Assembly (NCBI GenBank): GCA_037969625.1
Contig: JBBKXT010000197.1
Span: 1,433-65,432 of the forward strand
Source: Saprospiraceae bacterium
Lineage (GTDB): Bacteria > Bacteroidota > Bacteroidia > Chitinophagales > Saprospiraceae
DNA: 64,000 bases
Direction of reading: 5' to 3'
Numbering within the stretch: the first letter of the stretch is position 1; every line of letters starts with the position of its first letter. The notes beneath the pieces are model-generated. The model did not search any database, was not told where the DNA came from, and saw nothing but the letters and a program-made list of their open reading frames with translations. This document shows, in pieces, positions 40,419 to 49,373 of the stretch. A program made the position numbers and the translations under genes.

Positions 40419-41825
40419 ATGCATCATAACTCATTGAAACACTGTATCCTTTTAGCTCTTTGCTACATTTTATTTGTAGGCAGCTCGACGGCGGCACCCA
40501 CTGTCGAAGCCGGAAAAACACTTTTTCAAAATCAGTGTGCTTCCTGTCACAATAAAAATATGAAGGATGATCTCACCGGGCCGGCCCTGGGAGGTTCACA
40601 AGAAAGTTGGTCGGAATATCCACCAGAAGATCTGTACAACTGGATCCGAAACTCACAAGCAATGATCCAATCAGGTCATCCGCGAGCCGTTGAGATGTGG
40701 AATAAATTCAAGCCTACGGTGATGAATTCATTTACAGGCTTTACAGATGACGATATCGCCTCTATTCTATTATACATAGATGATCAAATGATTCCTAAAG
40801 CGCCTGCAGGTGTAGTTGCCACTGGTGGTGCCGTAGGTAATCAAAGCAAGCCAAACAAATATATCTACTATCTCCTTTTTGCCGTACTGGCCATTGTCGT
40901 AAGCGTACTTTCCAGAGTGATTTACAACCTTCGGGCCATGGTCGCCGCAGAAGATGGAACAAAGATGCCGGAACAAAAGTCATTTTTCCAGATGCTCACC
41001 AGCAAAGGAGTCGTTGGCTTTCTGATTTTCGCATTAGTGGTTTTTGGCGGTTATACCACAGTCAATAACGGTGTTTCTTTCGGTCGCCAACAAGGATATG
41101 CACCGGAGCAGCCTATTAAATTTTCACACGCTACACACTCCGGTATACAAGGTATTGATTGCCAATACTGCCACGATGGTGCTCGCAGAAGTAAGCATGC
41201 GGCCATTCCAGCCGCCAATACCTGTATGAACTGCCATAAAGCTGTTGAAAAAGGTTCTATCTATGGTACAGCCGAGTTAACCAAAGTCTTTGCTTCTATT
41301 GGTTACGATCCATCAACCGATAAGTATGTAGAAGATTATGACAAACTATCCAACGAAGAGATCAAAGCTATCTACACAAAATGGATTGGGGACACCTATA
41401 TGAAAGACAATGAGCTTACCTCATTGGATAGAAAAGGCGAGCGAACCGTAGAGGAGCAGTGGGAAGGCATTGAGTCATCATTGACCAATGACCTGAAAGA
41501 AAGCATCGCAGGACCGATCGAATGGACTAGAATTCATATGTTGCCTGATCACGTTTACTTTAATCACGCCCAGCACGTCAACATCGGCAAACTGGAATGC
41601 CAGCAGTGCCACGGAAAAGTAGAAGAAATGGATCTGATGTATCAATATTCCCCACTATCCATGGGTTGGTGCATCAACTGCCACAGAGAAACAGAAGTGC
41701 AGTTTATCGGTAACGATTATTACAAAACCTACAAGCAATATCACGATGCTATTGCGAAAGGAGAACGCTCAAAAGTGACGGTTGAAGATATTGGCGGTCT
41801 GGAGTGCCAGAAATGCCATTATTGA
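40419..41825 (+). CDS. actA: Alternative complex III subunit ActA, multihaem cytochrome c
   Basis: 468 aa with six CxxCH motifs (CASCH, CQYCH, CMNCH, CQQCH, CINCH, CQKCH). One lies in an N-terminal class-I-like domain, then a TM helix, then five in the pentahaem domain. Confidence 0.9.
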   Translation: MHHNSLKHCILLALCYILFVGSSTAAPTVEAGKTLFQNQCASCHNKNMKDDLTGPALGGSQESWSEYPPEDLYNWIRNSQAMIQSGHPRAVEMWNKFKPTVMNSFTGFTDDDIASILLYIDDQMIPKAPAGVVATGGAVGNQSKPNKYIYYLLFAVLAIVVSVLSRVIYNLRAMVAAEDGTKMPEQKSFFQMLTSKGVVGFLIFALVVFGGYTTVNNGVSFGRQQGYAPEQPIKFSHATHSGIQGIDCQYCHDGARRSKHAAIPAANTCMNCHKAVEKGSIYGTAELTKVFASIGYDPSTDKYVEDYDKLSNEEIKAIYTKWIGDTYMKDNELTSLDRKGERTVEEQWEGIESSLTNDLKESIAGPIEWTRIHMLPDHVYFNHAQHVNIGKLECQQCHGKVEEMDLMYQYSPLSMGWCINCHRETEVQFIGNDYYKTYKQYHDAIAKGERSKVTVEDIGGLECQKCHY

Positions 41826-41876
41826 TTTAAATTATTGAATAATCGTAATCATCACCATCAGAACTTAATATAGATC

Positions 41877-44807
41877 ATGAAAGATCAAACATCATACAAG
41901 GATATTTGGATTGGGTCAGAGGATTTAGGCCGCGAAGAGAAATTTATAGAGCAGGCAACACAAGAAATGCCTGACGCTTCTATCGCCTCTACACTTGCAC
42001 AAGGCGGTTCATTTGCCTCAGCCAATACCGGTCGCCGCGATTTTCTAAAGTATCTGGGATTTAGTATTGGCGCTGCTACCATTGCCGCCAGTTGCGAGAT
42101 TCCGGTGAAGAAAGCAATTCCTTTTGTCACAAAACCGGACGATTTGGTACCGGGTGTAGCTAATTATTATGCTACTTCATTTGTTCAGGGTGGCGATTAT
42201 TGCAGTATCCTCGTCAAAACAAGAGAAGGCCGACCCATTAAAATAGAAGGGAATAGCCTCTCTGCAGTTACAGGTGGCGGAACATCCGCCCGTGTACAAG
42301 CTTGCGTTCTGAGTCTCTACGATACACATCGTCTGAAAAGTCCCCAGTTAAAGAATTCAGAAGGCCATTTCGAAGCAGCAGACTGGAAGCAAATCGATGA
42401 TCTAGTGTCAAGCACCATTTCAACGAACAGCAAGATTGCAATTGTTTCACATTCTATATTAAGCCCAACCGAAAAAGAGGTATTAAAAGATTTTCAGTCA
42501 AAATATCCGAATACAACCGTTGCTCAATATGACCCATCTTCATCCGCAGCGATTCTGCGTGCGAATGAATTGATGTATGGAGTCTCCATGGTACCGGGAT
42601 ATCATTTTGACAAAGCTAAAGTGATCGTCAGTGTACAAGCAGACTTCCTTGGTACCTGGATTTCTCCGGTACAATACGCTAAGCAATATGCTGCCGGTCG
42701 CAAAATTGCAGATCCAAAGCAAGCGAAAATGTCTAGGCACATCCAGATCGAAAGTTATATGTCACTTTCAGGAACTAATGCCGACAACCGCATTCGAATT
42801 AAACCTAGTGAATCCGGTGCCGTTTTGGCCAGACTATATAATAAGGTAGCTTCCTCCAAAGGAGCATCTGCAGTTACAGCACCAGAACTAAATCCTTCCA
42901 TTGCTGCCTCCATTGATAAGACAGCTACTGAATTATTAGGTGCTGCAGGAGCTAGTCTGCTGGTTTCCGGATCAAATAATATCGCCGAACAAGCAATGGT
43001 TTGTGCCATCAATCATTTATTAGGAAATGAAGGCAAAACTGTTGATCTCCAAAAATATTCACTACAACGCCAAGGCGACGAAAGCAAATTGGCTGAGTTG
43101 GTTTCTAAGATGAATAGCGGACAGGTAGATGCACTTATTATCCTAGGAGCTAATCCTGTTTTTGAATTGCCAAACGGATCTGCTTTTGCAGAGGCTATTG
43201 GTAAAGTAGGTTTAACGATCAGCACAGCCGGTGCTTTAGATGAGACTTCATCCATTTGCCGTGCGATTGCTCCTGCGCACCATGTGCTTGAGTCATGGGG
43301 TGATGCAGAACCGGTGAGAGGACATGTCAGCATGATCCAGCCAACGATTGCTCCACTGTTTGACACACGTCAGCGTGAAGCGAGTTTGCTAAAATGGATT
43401 GGTGATGACAATTCAATCTTCAGTAGTGATCAACCTTATTTTGAATACCTTAAAAACACATGGGCAGCACATACGAATTCACAGAAAGCGTGGAATCAAC
43501 TGCTTCATGATGGCGTATATACATATACACCAGAAGCATCAGGGGCTTCATACACGGATAATTTAGCATCTGTTGCCTCAAAAATTTCTAAGCCGGGATC
43601 TGGTACAGAAATCACTTTCATGGAAACCGTGGCGATTGGAACAGGTCAGGATGCTAACAACCCATGGTTGCAGGAAATGACTGACCCGGTGACTCGATGT
43701 GCGTGGGGTAATTACTTAGCACTTCCAGTTCATTTCGATGGTACACGTAAGTTTATCGCTCATGAGAATTTGGAAGATGGAGATATGGCAGAGGTAACCA
43801 TTGGCGAAACAACCTTAAAGGTGCCTGTCGTGAAGCAGTTTGGTCAGACACCAGATTCATTTGCGCTTGCTTTAGGATATGGTCGTACGGTAACCGGTCG
43901 TGCAGGAATCAATGTTGGGGTCAATGTTCATCCCTGGTTGACTACAGATGCGGATGGATTGACACAGTATTACGCAAATGGTGTTTCTGTTTCAGGTAAA
44001 AAAGGAAAAGAAGAGTATTTCTCCTGCGTACAATATCACCACACGATGGGTGTCACAGCAGAAGATGCTAAAACAAAGGAAATAATAAATGCTGATGAAG
44101 CCGCCACTGTCTTTATGACCTACGGTTTGGTGGATCAGGGTTTCCAAGGTTCATTGGTGAATAGAACAATCATTCGCAAGAGCCATTTAGATCATGTTGA
44201 AGAGTTTGCGCATGATCTTCAAGATGAAAGACATCACCATCAGGCGTTAAATACGAAGCAAGTTTATCCAGGGCATGACGAGTTATATGCCAGAGGTCAT
44301 CAGTGGGGTATGCATGTCGATCTCAATGCATGTATCGGTTGCGGTGCTTGTACAGTAGCTTGCATGGCAGAAAATAATGTGCCTGTGGTTGGTAAGCGTG
44401 AAGTTAGCCGTCACCATGAAATGGCTTGGTTGAGAATTGACCGTTATTTCTATGGCGATGTGAATAATCCAAGTGCTGTCTATCAACCAATGATGTGCCA
44501 GCATTGTAACAATGCGCCTTGTGAAAATGTGTGCCCGGTAAATGCAACCAACCACAGTGCAGAGGGACTTAATCAAATGGCCTATAACAGATGTGTGGGT
44601 ACAAGATACTGTGCGAACAACTGTCCGTACAAAGTGCGTCGATTCAACTGGTTGGATTATAATGCTGCGGATCTTTGGCCTATCAATGAGGCGGATCTTG
44701 GATTGGATTCTGATTCAGATGATGTTCCATACGGAGCAGACAACTTGACACGTATGGTATTGAATCCGGATGTTACGGTGCGTGCCAGAGGGGTTATTGA
44801 AAAATAG
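41877..44807 (+). CDS. actB: Alternative complex III subunit ActB (molybdopterin-like plus Fe-S domains), interrupted at 44805 by a frameshift
   Basis: 976 aa with a Tat signal GRRDFLKYLG and Fe-S motifs CIGCGACTVAC, CQHCNNAPCENVCP and CVGTRYCANNCPY. The ORF ends ...RARGVIEK*, exactly where homologous NrfC/PsrB-type proteins continue with KCxxCxxR. Confidence 0.9.
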   Translation: MKDQTSYKDIWIGSEDLGREEKFIEQATQEMPDASIASTLAQGGSFASANTGRRDFLKYLGFSIGAATIAASCEIPVKKAIPFVTKPDDLVPGVANYYATSFVQGGDYCSILVKTREGRPIKIEGNSLSAVTGGGTSARVQACVLSLYDTHRLKSPQLKNSEGHFEAADWKQIDDLVSSTISTNSKIAIVSHSILSPTEKEVLKDFQSKYPNTTVAQYDPSSSAAILRANELMYGVSMVPGYHFDKAKVIVSVQADFLGTWISPVQYAKQYAAGRKIADPKQAKMSRHIQIESYMSLSGTNADNRIRIKPSESGAVLARLYNKVASSKGASAVTAPELNPSIAASIDKTATELLGAAGASLLVSGSNNIAEQAMVCAINHLLGNEGKTVDLQKYSLQRQGDESKLAELVSKMNSGQVDALIILGANPVFELPNGSAFAEAIGKVGLTISTAGALDETSSICRAIAPAHHVLESWGDAEPVRGHVSMIQPTIAPLFDTRQREASLLKWIGDDNSIFSSDQPYFEYLKNTWAAHTNSQKAWNQLLHDGVYTYTPEASGASYTDNLASVASKISKPGSGTEITFMETVAIGTGQDANNPWLQEMTDPVTRCAWGNYLALPVHFDGTRKFIAHENLEDGDMAEVTIGETTLKVPVVKQFGQTPDSFALALGYGRTVTGRAGINVGVNVHPWLTTDADGLTQYYANGVSVSGKKGKEEYFSCVQYHHTMGVTAEDAKTKEIINADEAATVFMTYGLVDQGFQGSLVNRTIIRKSHLDHVEEFAHDLQDERHHHQALNTKQVYPGHDELYARGHQWGMHVDLNACIGCGACTVACMAENNVPVVGKREVSRHHEMAWLRIDRYFYGDVNNPSAVYQPMMCQHCNNAPCENVCPVNATNHSAEGLNQMAYNRCVGTRYCANNCPYKVRRFNWLDYNAADLWPINEADLGLDSDSDDVPYGADNLTRMVLNPDVTVRARGVIEK

Positions 44808-45072
44808 TTTCTGTGTGCAGCGTATTCAAGAAGGAAAATTACGGGCGAAAACAGAAGAGCGTTTGTTGCGCGATGCAGATGTGAAGACCGCTTGTCAGAC
44901 AGCTTGTCCTACAGGCGCTATCACATTTGGAGATAGTAATAATCCGGAAGGTGAACTAAGTAAAAAAATTGCATCACCACTGAATTATCTCGTACTGGAA
45001 GAAGTAAATACACGGTCTGCAGTCAACTATCAGGCTAGAGTAATAAATAAAGCTGAGGGCGTTGACGCCTGA
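44770..45072 (+). CDS. actB: ActB C-terminal fragment in the +1 frame (real continuation starts at about 44806; the upstream part of this ORF is overlap)
   Basis: From 44806 the frame reads SFCVQRIQEGKL...KTACQTACPTGAITFGD, the remainder of the fourth ferredoxin-type cluster motif. The ATG at 44770 is probably fortuitous. Confidence 0.8.
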   Translation: MLRCVPEGLLKNSFCVQRIQEGKLRAKTEERLLRDADVKTACQTACPTGAITFGDSNNPEGELSKKIASPLNYLVLEEVNTRSAVNYQARVINKAEGVDA

Positions 45073-45124
45073 TTGCCGGAAGAAGAATTAAGACGATAAA
45101 CCTATTATCATTAGACAATAAAAT

Positions 45125-46579
45125 ATGGGTTCAGCACCTACATCACCGATTAGAGAACCGTTAGTACAAGGGCAAAAGACCTACCACCAGATTACGGAAG
45201 ATCTTTGTTCTCCTACGGAGCGGGCGCCAGGCAAAGCATGGACATTGGCTTTTATTATAGCGCTAATGGCCGCCACCTGGGGTATCATTAGTATCATCAT
45301 AACCATTTGGGTAGGGATAGGTACCTGGCGGTTGAACAGAACCATTGGATGGGGATGGGATATCACCAATTTCGTTTGGTGGATTGGTATTGGTCACGCC
45401 GGTACATTGATCTCAGCGATTCTTTTGCTTTTTCGTCAGAAATGGCGAACCGGGGTAAACCGTGCCGCAGAAGCGATGACTATTTTTGCGGTTATTTGTG
45501 CAGCACTTTTTCCTGCGATTCACGTAGGACGTATTTGGGTGGTTTTCTTTTTCTTCCCATATCCGAATACAAGAGGCCCAATCTGGCCAAACTTTAACTC
45601 TCCTTTGCTCTGGGACGTTTTTGCAATCTCCACTTATTTTACGGTATCACTTTTATTCTGGTACACAGGACTTGTTCCGGATTTTGCAACGGTGCGTGAC
45701 AGAGCTAAAGGATTTAGAAAAAAGATGTACACCTTCCTTTCTTTTGGATGGACCGGATCCGCCAAGCACTGGCAGCGACATGAATCATTATCTCTTGTTT
45801 TAGCTGGTCTTGCAACACCACTTGTACTTTCTGTACACACGATTGTAAGTTTTGACTTTGCGACTTCCGTGATACCTGGATGGCACACCACTATTTTCCC
45901 ACCTTACTTTGTGGCAGGAGCGATCTTTTCAGGATTTGCGATGGTGCAAACTTTGATGGTGATCACGCGTAAAGTATTGAACCTGCAAAACTATATTACG
46001 ATAGGACACATTGAATCTATGAACAAAGTGATTCTTGTGACAGGTACCATTGTCGGTGTGGCTTACTTAACAGAATTATTTATTGCCTGGTATTCAGGTT
46101 ATGTATATGAACAGTTTGCATTTTTCAACAGAGCTCTTGGCCCTTATTGGTGGGCGTACTTTGGCATGATGACTTGCAATGTATTATCTCCTCAGTTATT
46201 CTGGTCAAAGAAAATCAGGCGAAATGTAACGATGACCTTCTTCATGTCGATATTCGTGAATATCGGAATGTGGTTTGAGCGTTTCGTTATTATTGCGACA
46301 ACACTGGCTCGTGATTATTTGCCTTCAAGTTGGAGTTTCTATGTTCCATCTATTGTGGAGATAGGAATTTTCGTTGGAACGATAGGGATCTTCTTTGTTT
46401 TCTTTTTAATTTTTGTGCGCGTAGCTCCTGTGGTTGCGATTGCAGAGATTAAGCACATATTGAAGAGTTCAGGCGATCAGTATGTCAATGCAAATGGCCA
46501 AACCACCTTACAACAAATAGAGCAGGGTGGAACTACCATACAAGCTGCTGGACATGGACATGGAAATGCACATCATTAA
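45125..46579 (+). CDS. actC: Alternative complex III subunit ActC (NrfD/PsrC-like quinol-binding membrane subunit)
   Basis: 484 aa, polytopic, NrfD-like, at the expected position in the operon. Confidence 0.9.
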   Translation: MGSAPTSPIREPLVQGQKTYHQITEDLCSPTERAPGKAWTLAFIIALMAATWGIISIIITIWVGIGTWRLNRTIGWGWDITNFVWWIGIGHAGTLISAILLLFRQKWRTGVNRAAEAMTIFAVICAALFPAIHVGRIWVVFFFFPYPNTRGPIWPNFNSPLLWDVFAISTYFTVSLLFWYTGLVPDFATVRDRAKGFRKKMYTFLSFGWTGSAKHWQRHESLSLVLAGLATPLVLSVHTIVSFDFATSVIPGWHTTIFPPYFVAGAIFSGFAMVQTLMVITRKVLNLQNYITIGHIESMNKVILVTGTIVGVAYLTELFIAWYSGYVYEQFAFFNRALGPYWWAYFGMMTCNVLSPQLFWSKKIRRNVTMTFFMSIFVNIGMWFERFVIIATTLARDYLPSSWSFYVPSIVEIGIFVGTIGIFFVFFLIFVRVAPVVAIAEIKHILKSSGDQYVNANGQTTLQQIEQGGTTIQAAGHGHGNAHH

Positions 46580-46613
46580 TAGATTATTTTAAACACTGGT
46601 GATCCAATAGATC

Positions 46614-47144
46614 ATGAAGCACGGAGAAAAAAATATATTATTCGGATTGTACGATGATGAAGAAATTCTGAAGACAGCCATAGTTCAGGCGAATGCAGAT
46701 CATCTTAACATCATGGATGTCCTAACCCCCTTTCCGGTACACGGATTGGATCCACTATTAGGTCTTGCGGAATCAAGATTACATATTGGTGGTTTTGTGT
46801 TTGGACTGATCGGTACACTAACCGCTTTTTTGGGGATGACCTGGATATTTACAAGGGACTGGCCACAAATTTATGGAGGTAAGCCTTATTGGCCAATACT
46901 TTCGTTTGTTCCCATTTCCTTTGAGTTGACAGTTCTCTTTGCCTCGATTGGTATGGTAGTGACATTTTACATTATTAACGGACAAGGACCGGGCATTAAA
47001 AATCCGATCATACACCCGCGAATTACAGATGATAAATTCTGTATTGCATTTGATACTGACGAACTTGGTGATTCTCAGGTAGAGAAACTCAGAAATTTTT
47101 TCAAACAAACCGGAGCCAGTCTGGTAGAAACGAAGACGATCTGA
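46614..47144 (+). CDS. actD: Alternative complex III subunit ActD (DUF3341)
   Basis: 176 aa with two TM helices, at the conserved position after ActC. Confidence 0.85.
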   Translation: MKHGEKNILFGLYDDEEILKTAIVQANADHLNIMDVLTPFPVHGLDPLLGLAESRLHIGGFVFGLIGTLTAFLGMTWIFTRDWPQIYGGKPYWPILSFVPISFELTVLFASIGMVVTFYIINGQGPGIKNPIIHPRITDDKFCIAFDTDELGDSQVEKLRNFFKQTGASLVETKTI

Positions 47145-47146
47145 AC

Positions 47147-48043
47147 ATGAGGTATACGATACAATTTTCAATTCTAGCTTGCGTAACATTGTTTACCGCA
47201 TGCTCACCTTCAAAGGGGGATCGCACAGGACATGAGTTCATGCCTGACATGGTGCATACCATAGGGTATGAAGCAAACCTTTACGATTATTATTCCTACA
47301 ACCGTTGGGGAACAGAAGCAGAGTATAAAAAATTTGCTTCTCCTCGGATGAGTGTCGATGGGACTGTAGCCAGAGGGCAGATAGCAGTTGCTAATGCTGA
47401 TAATGATATGGACAGAGTCATGGCCATGGCCTCATTTGATGGTTTAGAAAATGGAACATTCTCAATCGTGCCAAATGGCAGTGTCCCTTATTATTATAGT
47501 GACACAGAAGATGAGCGCACAAGAGCTACCCAGGAGATCACAAGAAACCCTTTTCCTATCACTGAAAAAGGATTAGCACACGGAAAAGATTTATACAACA
47601 TCTATTGTGGTATTTGTCATGGCGAGAAGGCAGATGGGCTTGGTTACCTGGTGAGAGAGGAAGACCCTGTCAAAGGTATTGTTGCGGGAATTTATCCTGC
47701 AGCTCCGGCAAACTTCCTGTTAGATACATTTGTAAATTCATCGGTAGGTCGCTTATATCATGGTGTTATGTATGGTAAAAACGTGATGGGATCCTATGCC
47801 GATAAATTGAGCTATGTGGAACGGTGGGAAGTGATTCATTATATCAGATCCTTGCAAGCCAAAGCCAAAAAAGCTACCTACTCAGCTGATGAAAACACCT
47901 TTAATACGGAGGCCATTACATGGGCTGATTTTGAAAAGGCAATGTCACAACACATGGAAGCAAATACAGATGCGCACGATCAGAATGGTCACGAGATGGA
48001 TGCTCATGACCACGATGTGGATCACAATAATAATGAACATTAA
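47147..48043 (+). CDS. actE: Alternative complex III subunit ActE, monohaem cytochrome c lipoprotein
   Basis: 298 aa with a lipoprotein signal (LFTAC), a single CGICH haem motif and a His/Asp-rich C-terminal tail. Confidence 0.85.
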   Translation: MRYTIQFSILACVTLFTACSPSKGDRTGHEFMPDMVHTIGYEANLYDYYSYNRWGTEAEYKKFASPRMSVDGTVARGQIAVANADNDMDRVMAMASFDGLENGTFSIVPNGSVPYYYSDTEDERTRATQEITRNPFPITEKGLAHGKDLYNIYCGICHGEKADGLGYLVREEDPVKGIVAGIYPAAPANFLLDTFVNSSVGRLYHGVMYGKNVMGSYADKLSYVERWEVIHYIRSLQAKAKKATYSADENTFNTEAITWADFEKAMSQHMEANTDAHDQNGHEMDAHDHDVDHNNNEH

Positions 48044-48046
48044 TCA

Positions 48047-49318
48047 TTGACCGAATCGACTACAACAGATATGAATCAGTTTATATTCGAAACAAGACAG
48101 AAAACTATACTCGGCCTGATGATGCTGGTCGGTGTCTTTTCATTGGTCGCCACCTATGTTGGAGATGATCATTTCCACACACGTTTTTGGTCCAATGTGT
48201 TGCACAACTCAGTTTTCTTTACCGGGGTAGCCCTGATGGCCTTATTTCTGATCGCCGCTAAAATTACAGCCTGGTCCGGATGGCACACAATATTCAAAAG
48301 AGTATGGGAAGCGTACTCACTTTTTTTAGTGGTAGGCCTTGTCCTGATAATGATTATTGCGCTGGGTATATGGGGCGGATGGCACCATTTGTACCACTGG
48401 GCGGATACAGCTTCTGTTGAATCGGATACCATTCTTGCAGGAAAAAGTTCATTCCTCAATAAGAACTGGTACACCTTCGGAAGTTTACTATTTGTGGGGC
48501 TATGGGTTTTCTTCGCCGTTCGTATTCGCCAACTTTCTGTAGATGAGGATACCAATGGAGATGGCAATTTCTCCCATGCCAAAAAGATGAGAATTCTTGG
48601 CGCAGCTGCATTGCCGGTTATTGGTTTTACAAGTGCTGCTTTAATATGGCAATGGATCATGTCAGTAGATGCACACTGGTACAGTACGCTGTTTGCATGG
48701 TATGCCTCCGCCAGTTTGATGGTTACCATGATTGCACTGACCATCATCACACTGATTATATTAAAAGTAAAAGGTTACTTCCCATTGGTCAACATAGAGC
48801 ATTTGCATGACCTTGGTAAATACATGTTTGCCTTTACGATATTCTGGACCTATCTATGGTTCTCCCAATTTATGTTGATCTGGTATGCCAATATTCCGGA
48901 AGAGACGATTTATTACCATACCCGATTACATGAGTATCCTGTAATGTTTTATTTAAATGTTGGATTGAATTTCGCATTGCCATTTTTAGTGTTATTGCGC
49001 AACGATACAAAGCGTAAATATGGAACCTTGTTTTTCGTTTCATGTCTACTTGTTTTTAGTCACTGGATGGACTTCTTTTTGATGTTAAAGCCGGGGATTA
49101 TTCATACAGCTCATGAGTTGGCTGCAGCTTCCGGAGAGGCAGCGCATCACGCAGCAGGAGCTACTCCTGGATTTACAATGCCGGGATTTTTAGAAATAGG
49201 AACCTTTATCGGATTTCTTGGACTCTTTTTCTATGTTGTTTTCAACCGACTGGAAAAGGCAAGCCTTGTACCGAGTAGAGATCCTTACTTAATGGAAAGT
49301 GTATCTCACCATACTTAA
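48047..49318 (+). CDS. actF: Alternative complex III subunit ActF (NrfD-like membrane subunit)
   Basis: 423 aa, polytopic. The start is TTG at 48047 or ATG at 48071. It is the last gene of the act block. Confidence 0.85.
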   Translation: MTESTTTDMNQFIFETRQKTILGLMMLVGVFSLVATYVGDDHFHTRFWSNVLHNSVFFTGVALMALFLIAAKITAWSGWHTIFKRVWEAYSLFLVVGLVLIMIIALGIWGGWHHLYHWADTASVESDTILAGKSSFLNKNWYTFGSLLFVGLWVFFAVRIRQLSVDEDTNGDGNFSHAKKMRILGAAALPVIGFTSAALIWQWIMSVDAHWYSTLFAWYASASLMVTMIALTIITLIILKVKGYFPLVNIEHLHDLGKYMFAFTIFWTYLWFSQFMLIWYANIPEETIYYHTRLHEYPVMFYLNVGLNFALPFLVLLRNDTKRKYGTLFFVSCLLVFSHWMDFFLMLKPGIIHTAHELAAASGEAAHHAAGATPGFTMPGFLEIGTFIGFLGLFFYVVFNRLEKASLVPSRDPYLMESVSHHT

Positions 49319-49373
49319 TAGTTGGTGAGGGATCGATAAACTATTGAATGAAGTATATAAAGCCAGATAGCAA

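Noticed and set aside
48169-48750. 193-aa ORF antisense to actF.
   Set aside because: It is embedded opposite a conserved polytopic membrane gene within a tightly packed operon. It has no independent signals and is a shadow ORF.
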